A stretch of DNA of 64,000 nt from Bdellovibrionales bacterium (lineage in GTDB: Bacteria > Bdellovibrionota > Bdellovibrionia > Bdellovibrionales > UBA1609): contig CBDBIB010000002.1 in the NCBI GenBank assembly GCA_965205945.1, positions 1 to 64,000 on the forward strand, in the 5' to 3' direction. Shown piece after piece: positions 11,604-19,849 of the stretch (position 1 is its first letter; each line of letters opens with the position of its first letter). A model generated the notes under the pieces. That model made no database searches. It worked only from the letters and a program-made list of their open reading frames with translations, and was not told the origin of the DNA. Position numbers and translations under genes: made by a program.

Positions 11604-12476
11604 TTAGTAATGGTATGGAAACTTTGAATAGTCTGGATTACGTTTTTCTAAAAAAGCGTCTCTTCCTTCCTTGGCCTCTTCACTTTCATAAGCTAAACGA
11701 GTGGCTTCACCTGCAAAAATTTGCTGACCAACCATTCCATCGTCAGTAAGATTTAGTGCAAATTTTGCCATTCTGATTGCAGTAGGGGATTTTGAATTTA
11801 TTTTCTTAGCCCAAAGAAGGCATTCATCTTCAAGACTATCGTGAGCAACAACTTTATTTACCATTCCCATCTGCATTGCTTCATCAGCAGAATAACTATT
11901 TCCTAAAAAGAAAATTTCACGAGCTTTTTTCTGGCCAACTATTTTAGCTAAATAGGCTGATCCATAACCACCATCAAAACTTGCTACGTCTACATCAGTT
12001 TGTTTAAAAATAGCATATTCTTTACTTGCTAAAGTAAGGTCACAGACAATGTGTAAAGAGTGTCCACCTCCTACAGCCCAACCTGGGACTGCACAAATAA
12101 CTACTTTGGGCATAAAGCGAATAAGTCTTTGAATTTCTAGTATATGTAGCCTTCCTGCAGGGTTGTCTGTATTGTATTGATAACCAGATTTACCTCGCAC
12201 TCTTTGATCTCCTCCTGAGCAAAAAGCCCAACCACCATCTTTAGGTGAAGGTCCATTTCCAGTAATAATAACACTGCCAACATCATAAGTTTGTCTAGCA
12301 TGTTCTAGAGCTTTATAAAGCTCGTCTACAGTTTGGGGTCTAAAGGCATTTCTAACTTCAGGTCGATTAAAAGCAATTCTTAAAGTGCCTTGATTTTTTG
12401 CTCTATGGTAGGTGATATCTTTAAAGTTAAAGTCTGCAACTTGGTCCCATAGTTCAGGTTTAAAAATCTTGTTCAT
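11604..12476 (-). CDS. menB: 1,4-dihydroxy-2-naphthoyl-CoA synthase
   Basis: Crotonase-fold motifs AFCSGGDQR, GWAVGGGHSLH, VASFDGGYGS, EGRDAFLEKR. Confidence 0.95.
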   Translation of the reverse strand: MNKIFKPELWDQVADFNFKDITYHRAKNQGTLRIAFNRPEVRNAFRPQTVDELYKALEHARQTYDVGSVIITGNGPSPKDGGWAFCSGGDQRVRGKSGYQYNTDNPAGRLHILEIQRLIRFMPKVVICAVPGWAVGGGHSLHIVCDLTLASKEYAIFKQTDVDVASFDGGYGSAYLAKIVGQKKAREIFFLGNSYSADEAMQMGMVNKVVAHDSLEDECLLWAKKINSKSPTAIRMAKFALNLTDDGMVGQQIFAGEATRLAYESEEAKEGRDAFLEKRNPDYSKFPYHY

Positions 12477-12805
12477 AATGTGTCCTAAAAATCTTTAAAG
12501 TTAAGTATGTTATTAGATAATATATAGATAGGCGCTTTACCACAAGTTAGTTTCTCCTAGAAACTAGAAGCTTTTTAAATATTATATAAAGATTTATACA
12601 TTATGACTACAGATTGGCTGAAAAGACCAGATAATAAGCAGACTAATATTATAAAAAGTATAGGGGGTTTACTGTTTATTTTTGGCGTATTACTTTTAAG
12701 TTTAAGAATGGTGATTTTATAGATATTAAGGTTGAGAAGTATTACAAAGTATAAATATAGAAGATCTATTTTTTAAAGTAATAGATGGGGGTAGTTAGAG
12801 TGTAT

Positions 12806-14632
12806 TTAGAATAAAAGTGCTATTTTATAAGTTATAAAACTAGCAGTATAGGCAAAAACTAAATACCCAAAAAATAAGGCATAAACAGAATTTTTATTAG
12901 GAAGTTCTTTTCTTAAAACTGCTAGTGTTGAAATACATTGTAGGGCTATGGCGAAAAAGACTATAAGGCTGAGTGTTGAGGCTGGCGAGTAGTGTTTAGT
13001 ATTTTCAAGGATGAGTTGAGACAGGGCTGAGATGTCATCTGAGGCACTTCCATATAAGGTTCCAAGAGTACTTACGAAGGTTTCTCTTGCAAGAAAGGAT
13101 GTAAGAAGGGCAATGGTTTCAGGCCAGTCTAAGCCAAGAGGCCGGCTTAAAGGTAGAATGGCTGTTCCAATTTTACTAAGGTAGGAGGTGTTTAAATTTT
13201 CAGGACCATTTGGAAATGTTGCAAGCACCCAAATAAAGCAATTTGTACTAAAAATAATAAACCCAGCATCTTTAATAAAATGGTATGTAGTTATTGCAGC
13301 ATCGTGTATGCAAACCCTTAAACTTGGTATTTGGTATCTAGGGAGTTCTAATGCTAAAAATGGTTTTTTTAAGGGTTTAAAGGTGGCTTTATTCAGTATT
13401 AAACTTACAAAAAGGGTGAGGGACACCCCAAATATGTACAATATAAAAAGCATAAAACCTCTTGTTCCAATAAGTCCTCCTAAAAAAATATTATTAGGAA
13501 TAAGAAGTGTTATTAAAAGTGCGTAGACAGGGAGCCTTGCCGAGCAGAGAGTTAAGGGAAGAGTGAGTATTGTTAATACTCTAATTTTTGTAGATCGAAT
13601 ATGCCTTGCTGCATAGATTCCTGGAATTGCACAAGCATGGCTTGTTAGAATAGGGATAAAACTTTCACCTGATAAACCAAAAAACATTAAAAATTTGTGG
13701 CAAATAATAGAAGCTCTTGCTAGATATCCAGTTTCTTCAAGGCTTTTTATAATAAATATAAGAAAGAATATTTGTGGGGTGAATACTAAAAATGAGCCAA
13801 GTCCTCCATAAAAAGCATCTTCAATAAAGCTTTTTATATATATATTTTCAAAAAAAGAGGATGTTTGAACGGATAAAAAAATAAATATATTTTCAATAAG
13901 GTTCATGAATGGGGCTGCCCCATTAAAGATGGCTTGAAACAAGACAGACATAGTAAAGATAAAAAATAAGGTGCCCCAAAATGGAGAGATTAGATATGTA
14001 TCAAGCATATACATGCGTTTAACATTTAAGGTAGTTTTTTGTTTAATAAGATCATTAAAGGTAAGATTTTGAATTTTCTTAGAAAGCCTATATAAATTTG
14101 TAGCGGGTTTTAAGATATTTTGAATAAGTCTTTTTTCAAGAATGTCTATATCTATTTTTTTCTTTGTAGAAATTGCTATAACAGGAACATTGAGGAGATC
14201 TTCTATTTTTTTAAAATTGATTTTAATATTGTTTTGTCTAACCTCATCAATCATATTAACAGCTATAATGATATGTTGATTAAGGTTATCAAAATTTGAA
14301 AGAAATGTTTGTAGGTTTAAAAGATGGTGCTTTAGGTTAACTCCATCTAATACAAATATTGAGCATGAGTTATTTTCTGCGTTTTTAAGAGTTTGAACAG
14401 TTAGGTTTTCATCTTTAGAATTTCCAACAATTGAGTACGTTCCAGGCAAATCATAAAGTATCAATTCGTGATATCTTTTAAGTTTACACCTTGAAAGCTT
14501 AGTTGTAGCTCCATGGTAATTAGCAACTTTATTATTTGAGCCTGTTAGAGCATTATATAAAGATGTTTTTCCAGTATTAGTATTACCAAGAAGGTAGATT
14601 TTTTTTTTAAGAGCCTTTGGTATATTGTCCAT
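12806..14632 (-). CDS. feoB: Ferrous iron transporter B
   Basis: GTPase motifs GNTNTGKT, VANYHGAT, DLPGTYS, NMID followed by a multi-TM domain with CSARLPVY and ARETFVSTLG. Confidence 0.95.
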   Translation of the reverse strand: MDNIPKALKKKIYLLGNTNTGKTSLYNALTGSNNKVANYHGATTKLSRCKLKRYHELILYDLPGTYSIVGNSKDENLTVQTLKNAENNSCSIFVLDGVNLKHHLLNLQTFLSNFDNLNQHIIIAVNMIDEVRQNNIKINFKKIEDLLNVPVIAISTKKKIDIDILEKRLIQNILKPATNLYRLSKKIQNLTFNDLIKQKTTLNVKRMYMLDTYLISPFWGTLFFIFTMSVLFQAIFNGAAPFMNLIENIFIFLSVQTSSFFENIYIKSFIEDAFYGGLGSFLVFTPQIFFLIFIIKSLEETGYLARASIICHKFLMFFGLSGESFIPILTSHACAIPGIYAARHIRSTKIRVLTILTLPLTLCSARLPVYALLITLLIPNNIFLGGLIGTRGFMLFILYIFGVSLTLFVSLILNKATFKPLKKPFLALELPRYQIPSLRVCIHDAAITTYHFIKDAGFIIFSTNCFIWVLATFPNGPENLNTSYLSKIGTAILPLSRPLGLDWPETIALLTSFLARETFVSTLGTLYGSASDDISALSQLILENTKHYSPASTLSLIVFFAIALQCISTLAVLRKELPNKNSVYALFFGYLVFAYTASFITYKIALLF

Positions 14633-14637
14633 GAAAA

Positions 14638-14865
14638 TTATTGATGGACAAGAATCTGCTTAGCACCTTGCATGCATAGAGTGCATGTAATATTTCCGAT
14701 TTGATAAACTCTAGGCCCATTAAAAATAGTTTTATGAAGGCACTTAATCATTGCATTTTTTTTAAATCCAAATTCGTCAATAACTCTTAAAAATTTAGAT
14801 TTTTTATTTGTAGAAATAGAATCAATAATAGCAGTATCACTTACTTTTAAATCCCATAAATTCAT
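14638..14865 (-). CDS. feoA: FeoA family protein
   Basis: 75 aa directly upstream of feoB; MNLWDLK..GF..FNGP pattern of FeoA. Confidence 0.8.
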   Translation of the reverse strand: MNLWDLKVSDTAIIDSISTNKKSKFLRVIDEFGFKKNAMIKCLHKTIFNGPRVYQIGNITCTLCMQGAKQILVHQ

Positions 14866-15324
14866 GATGACCTCTTAATAATCTGTATAGCACACAGCAT
14901 AGGAATGAGAAAAAAAAATTGATATTAAATGATTATTTAGATGGAATTGAGAGCTAAATGAAAAAACAAGGCCTAAAGTTGTTTATTCAAGCATTTAAAT
15001 GAGATGTTATTGATAAAATCATGAAAATAAGATTGTCCTAACTCTTTAAGAGCAGTTTGAGTAATATATATGATGGGCAGATCTTAAGCATTTTTTTTGA
15101 AATAAAGAGAGTTCTTTTTTTAGATTCTTGTTATTGATTAGCGTCTAGAGATAATTGTACTTTTTTAATAATTAAAGCGTGGTTATAATATTTTAAGGGG
15201 TGGTTATAGAAGCGTTATATTTTACTTAGAAAATTTTCACTCTAATTTTTAAAAAATTTTATGAAACTTTACTAGTTTTAGATTTATATTGAATAAAAGG
15301 CTTTAAAGAGAGTATATAAGATTA

Positions 15325-16140
15325 ATGGAAAAAATATTTGAAGAAAAAGCATTTTTAAAATTTAAAGGATTGGATGAATATAAACCTCATTTATCATTTC
15401 ATATTGAAAAGGGCCCTTATATTATAAAACTGGCTGAAACAGAAGAAGAGCTTATAAAGATATTTAACCTTAGGTATGAAGTCTATGGTAAGTATTATAA
15501 GATACCTCCTCCAGTGCCATTAGATATTGATAATTATGATAAGAAAGCAGACCATATTATTGTTATAAATAAAGATGAGAACAAGATAGTAGGTACTTAT
15601 AGGGTACTATGTTCGGATTATATTTCTGATTTTTATACAGCTAGAGAATTTAATATTGATAGTGTTAAAAAACTAAATAAAAGATTTGTTGAAATGGGTA
15701 GGGCAACAGTGTCTGAAAAATCAAGATCAGGAGCTGTTATTACACTTTTATGGAGAGGTTTAGGTGAATACATTACAAGGGTTAAAGCTGAATATCTCTT
15801 TGGTTGTGTAACTTTATGGACTCAAGATTTTAATGAAGTTGTTAATGTATGGAAGTACTTTGAGCAAAAAAAACTATTTTTCTTAGAAAAAATATTTCCA
15901 TTAAAGGAAAATAAAATCCCAGCATGGGATGCTTTGTTAGAATCTAAATCGCTCACTTTATCTGAAGAAGAGCTTAAACAGGTGGTTAAAGGGCTTCCAC
16001 CATTATTTAAATCTTATATTAAGGCGGGTGCTAAATTTGGAGCTATCCCAGCAAATGATGTAAGATTACAATCGGTAGATTTTTTTATTATATGTAAGGT
16101 TTCCGAGCTTTCAAAAAGACTTGCTAAAAAGTACTTGTAA
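15325..16140 (+). CDS. GNAT-family N-acyltransferase (OlsB / putative haemolysin-like)
   Basis: LRYEVY, DIDNYD, VGTYR, EMGRATV, LLWRGL, YLFGC, LPPLFKSYIKAGA motifs. Confidence 0.8.
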   Translation: MEKIFEEKAFLKFKGLDEYKPHLSFHIEKGPYIIKLAETEEELIKIFNLRYEVYGKYYKIPPPVPLDIDNYDKKADHIIVINKDENKIVGTYRVLCSDYISDFYTAREFNIDSVKKLNKRFVEMGRATVSEKSRSGAVITLLWRGLGEYITRVKAEYLFGCVTLWTQDFNEVVNVWKYFEQKKLFFLEKIFPLKENKIPAWDALLESKSLTLSEEELKQVVKGLPPLFKSYIKAGAKFGAIPANDVRLQSVDFFIICKVSELSKRLAKKYL

Positions 16141-16340
16141 AAGTGTTATGCTTAAAAGGGTTTTTAAAAAATTTAGAATTGTTTTCTAGCTTTTTTTAAA
16201 AAATTATAGGGTTTAAGTACTGAGCTATAAAGTAAATTTAAGCTTTGATGATTTTTGTACGCTTTTATCTGCCGATAGCTAAAGAGTCTATGGGGGAAGC
16301 AGTACTAGGTCGCAAGAGCTATTAAGGATTAAAAGTTGAG

Positions 16341-16745
16341 CTATTCTGACTTAGTTTCAATAATTACTCTTCTAAGTTGTGTACTTTCAGCTTGATCAAG
16401 AATTTTAACAATTTTTTCAAAAGGAGTACTTTTGTCTCCGCGTATGATAAGGCTCATTTCTGGAGTGGTTTGCTTAAATTCTTTTAGTTTATTAAGGAGT
16501 TCTTTTTCTGGTATAGGGGTTTTATTCCAGAATAGGGCGCCATTTTGACGAATTGTTAAAGTAGTTTTTTCGCTTATTTTTTGTCCAGAAGAGGATTTTG
16601 GTAAGGTAACAGGAAGGCCATTTTTTTTAACCATTGTACTTAGTGCGAACATAAAAAAGAAAATAAGTATAAAAATACTATCTAATAAAGGAACTAGGTT
16701 AATTTCAGCTTTTTTTTTAAAAGGAGGGAGGGTGTTTATTTTCAT
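16341..16745 (-). CDS. exbD: Biopolymer transporter ExbD/TolR
   Basis: EINLVPLLD TM motif, V.LPK, IRGDK. Confidence 0.88.
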   Translation of the reverse strand: MKINTLPPFKKKAEINLVPLLDSIFILIFFFMFALSTMVKKNGLPVTLPKSSSGQKISEKTTLTIRQNGALFWNKTPIPEKELLNKLKEFKQTTPEMSLIIRGDKSTPFEKIVKILDQAESTQLRRVIIETKSE

Positions 16746-16748
16746 TTT

Positions 16749-17339
16749 TTATGAAAATTCCTCAAAAAGGGTAAGCTCTTCTTCTAACTTTTCTTTTACA
16801 GAATCACTCATTTTTAAAAATGAGTTATAAAACACTAAAAGAGCAATAGAGATTCCTAACCCAAGTGCCGTTGTGATAAGAGCTTGTGAGAGTCCTATCA
16901 TCATTACACTAGGATCTCCCATACCATTAGAATCTAGATTTTGAAAGGATAGGATGATGCCTAAAACCGTTCCTAAGATTCCTATTAAGGGGGTGATAGT
17001 AATGATAGTTTCTAAGGTTCTTTCAAATTTTCTTGTAGGTTTTAGTGTTTGTGAAGCTAGAGATTCAAGTGTCAGTGGTCTAATTTTTTGATGTGTTTGA
17101 AGGCATTTTTTAACACATAACAGGCTTGGGTCTTTTGAATTGCCTATAGCTTTTAAGGCCTCACTAGTTTTTTTTTGTCTAAGGTGAATATAAACAGTTT
17201 CCACAAGGGGGGAGTTAAAATTTGAGTTAAAAGATAACCAGTAAAAAATTCTTTCTAAGACAATTGCAAACCCTATAACTGAGCACGCAATAAGTGGAAA
17301 TATAAGTGGTCCGCCTGATGTAATAAAATCTTTAAGCAT
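16749..17339 (-). CDS. exbB: MotA/TolQ/ExbB proton channel protein
   Basis: GGPLIFPL, PLIGILGTVLGII, GLSQALITTALGL. Confidence 0.88.
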   Translation of the reverse strand: MLKDFITSGGPLIFPLIACSVIGFAIVLERIFYWLSFNSNFNSPLVETVYIHLRQKKTSEALKAIGNSKDPSLLCVKKCLQTHQKIRPLTLESLASQTLKPTRKFERTLETIITITPLIGILGTVLGIILSFQNLDSNGMGDPSVMMIGLSQALITTALGLGISIALLVFYNSFLKMSDSVKEKLEEELTLFEEFS

Positions 17340-17371
17340 TTAAAGCCCCTTTAAATAAATCTAAGCTTACA

Positions 17372-17401
17372 AAATAAAAAGCCTCTTTTGCAAGAGGCTT
17401 T
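17372..17401 (-). terminator. Rho-independent terminator after rpmG
   Basis: Stem aaagcctctt-ttgc-aagaggcttt followed by a T-rich tract on the minus strand. Confidence 0.75.
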
Positions 17402-17426
17402 AAAAAATCTTAATGTAATTTAAGTT

Positions 17427-17609
17427 TTACTTAATTTCTTTATGTAGAGTATGTTTTTGCAAAAAAGGATTGTATTTTTTTTTCTCAAGTCTTTCAGGGT
17501 GTGTTTGAAAGTTTTTTTGAGTTGTATACCTTGATGGCGGCCGTCCTTCTTTGCGAGCTTGAGTACACTCTAATGTGATTATTCTTACCTTTCCTTTTTT
17601 TTTTGCCAT
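17427..17609 (-). CDS. rpmG: 50S ribosomal protein L33
   Basis: [36 protein letters not shown]. Confidence 0.95.
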   Translation of the reverse strand: MAKKKGKVRIITLECTQARKEGRPPSRYTTQKNFQTHPERLEKKKYNPFLQKHTLHKEIK

Positions 17610-17883
17610 ACAAACCTCGATAAAGTTTAAAGCAAGGTAGAAGATTTGAGTAAAGATGTCAACTCAATGGAAGGTAGATACATAGGGATAATTTATGAAA
17701 CATAATAATTTCCGGCTGGTTTTACTAGGTTGTTAAGGACAGGTAAGTTTAGTGGGAAGGTTATTGCTTTAAGAAATAAATTTTAGAACCTATATGAATC
17801 ATTGTAGGAGAGGTTTTAATTTTATAAGGGAACTATAAAAACAATATTTGAAAAATTTAGATTTTATTTTTATAATTTTTTAC

Positions 17884-18312
17884 ATGAAAAAAAATAAGTT
17901 TTTATTAATAGTTTTTTTTATGATGTCAGGTTGCGCGATTATGTATCATACTCAAGTAGGTGAGGTGGATTCAAATATTGTTTTAGATGGGCAAAGATTT
18001 GAAATTAAAGTTAGTGAGCTTGGTTTTAATGTAGATGAGTTAGTAGATATTGGTTCAAAGGTGGCAAAAGCTATGCAAAACGATCAGGCAGCTAAACATA
18101 TTAAAGATGTTAATACAATCTTAGGATTTTTTCAAATAGGTCCGAGAACAGGAAACCCAACTTTTACAGATCAGTATGCTGATAAAATCTATTATAGTAT
18201 TTTAGAAAAATGTCTAAGTGGTAGAGTTAGTGGGCTAACCTCAGTTCGTGAGATGGCTAAATACCCTGTAATTAGTGGTGAAGTAGTTAAGATTATTGGT
18301 TTTTGTAAATAA
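17884..18312 (+). CDS. Small lipoprotein, hypothetical (paralogue 1)
   Basis: MKKNK + hydrophobic stretch + lipobox MSGC; start moved to ATG 17884. Confidence 0.75.
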   Translation: MKKNKFLLIVFFMMSGCAIMYHTQVGEVDSNIVLDGQRFEIKVSELGFNVDELVDIGSKVAKAMQNDQAAKHIKDVNTILGFFQIGPRTGNPTFTDQYADKIYYSILEKCLSGRVSGLTSVREMAKYPVISGEVVKIIGFCK

Positions 18313-18344
18313 TAGTTTTAAAGCTTAAAAAGGGGTTTATTAAA

Positions 18345-18665
18345 ATGAAAAAAACAGGTTTAATCTTAGGGTTTTTAATTTTTACATCAGGATGTACACA
18401 TTTAGCATCAATTTCAACATCAAGCATTCCAAAAAATAGGAATAATAAGATCTTCACTAAAGCAAGAAGGTTTATTTTTTTAGGTCTTAATTTTAATAAT
18501 GATTATGTAAATAACATTGCTTTTAAATTAGCACAGCAATGTAGAGGTGGAGTTGTTCAAGGAGTTGTAACAAAGCATGAAAATGTAGTGTATTTTCCAG
18601 GAGTTGTACATGAGGTTCGCATTAAAGCTAGTGGTTATTGTTTAAAAAATAAAGGGATAAAATGA
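18345..18665 (+). CDS. Small lipoprotein, hypothetical (paralogue 2)
   Basis: Signal peptide with lipobox TSGC; C..GGVV and terminal GYC. Confidence 0.8.
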   Translation: MKKTGLILGFLIFTSGCTHLASISTSSIPKNRNNKIFTKARRFIFLGLNFNNDYVNNIAFKLAQQCRGGVVQGVVTKHENVVYFPGVVHEVRIKASGYCLKNKGIK

Positions 18666-18964
18666 AGAACCTATTTTTATTATTGGTTCTAGGCTTTATA
18701 TCCTCTTGTACTCATGCTCTTCATATTTATCATGTTGCAGATTATAAGGCTCTTTCTAAGAAAGGTTTTGTGATTATGGCTGAGGAAAAGCAACATGTTA
18801 TTATGGGCTTTGTTTTTCAAACTAATTATGTTGAAAAGACAGTTTTAAAATTAGAGAACTCTTGTTCTGGAGTCATAACTAATATTAATACACGATATAG
18901 TACAAGTCATTTGTTTTTATCATGGTTTAACAAGGTTAAAATGACAGCCCTATGCGTGGAATAA
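18662..18964 (+). CDS. Small lipoprotein, hypothetical (paralogue 3)
   Basis: Lipobox ISSC; 4-bp ATGA overlap with the previous gene; CSGVI and terminal ALC. Confidence 0.8.
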   Translation: MKNLFLLLVLGFISSCTHALHIYHVADYKALSKKGFVIMAEEKQHVIMGFVFQTNYVEKTVLKLENSCSGVITNINTRYSTSHLFLSWFNKVKMTALCVE

Positions 18965-19355
18965 ATTACTAAAGTGTTGGTAGAAAGAGTTTTTCTACAT
19001 TTATTTCGTAGGAAAGGAGTAGGCTTTTAGCTGAATTTTTCTTAAAAGAATATTAGCCTTTTAAAAGGCTTTTCTCTAAAATTTTACTCAATCTTTTAGA
19101 TTCAACACATTTTAAGAGATCTATTTTAAAAAGCCTTTTAAAGGCTGTTATATGGCTAAGAGTGCATATCATACCTTAATCGTTCTTAGTTTTTATTATT
19201 AAGTGTACCCTAATTCATTGTATAAGGAGGTAATAATATATGTAATAAATATTTATGAGTTGAGGTAAGAAAAAAGGGGGCGAGTTAAATTTCTTATGAT
19301 CTTGGTGTTTTTAAAGTAAATTTGTAAGAAAGGTGCTTTAATTAATTGACTTAAC

Positions 19356-19385
19356 TTGACCCCTTTAGGTTTCTTTAGTTAGGTA
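19356..19385 (+). promoter_or_regulatory. Putative sigma70 promoter of rpsO
   Basis: TTGACC at 19356 with a weak -10 (taggta/tatatt) about 17-20 bp downstream. Confidence 0.35.
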
Positions 19386-19469
19386 TATTTTGCTCTAAAA
19401 TCCTGTTTTGCCAACGTTTTTTGGGGTTTTGCCTGCCAAATGGTAAAAAAACAACCAAAGGAGGAATAT

Positions 19470-19739
19470 ATGGCGTTAACAGTAGAAGAGAAAAAACAAA
19501 TTATAGACCAGTTTAAAGAGTCTGAATTAGACACAGGAAGTTCGCAAGTGCAGGTAGCTTTGTTAACAGCTCGTATTACGGATCTTCAGGATCACTTTAA
19601 AGAGAATAAAAAAGATAATCATTCTCGTCGAGGACTTTTAAAAATGGTCTCTCAACGTAGAAAGCTTTTAGACCATATGGGAAATAATGATATTGAAAAG
19701 TACAGAAAGCTTATTCAAGATCTCGGCTTAAGAAAGTAA
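19470..19739 (+). CDS. rpsO: 30S ribosomal protein S15
   Basis: [43 protein letters not shown] places the start at 19470 (89 aa). Confidence 0.97.
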   Translation: MALTVEEKKQIIDQFKESELDTGSSQVQVALLTARITDLQDHFKENKKDNHSRRGLLKMVSQRRKLLDHMGNNDIEKYRKLIQDLGLRK

Positions 19740-19849
19740 ACATGTATTAAAGGGGTGGTCCCTTTTTTTCATTAAAAAGCTAATTTATTTTCGTGTTTAA
19801 TTAGTTTTATGAAAAAATTTAAATAAACAAGACAAAGAGAGACAAAGAT

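Noticed and set aside
14890..15030. Fur box upstream of feoAB
   Set aside because: Only weak partial matches in very AT-rich sequence
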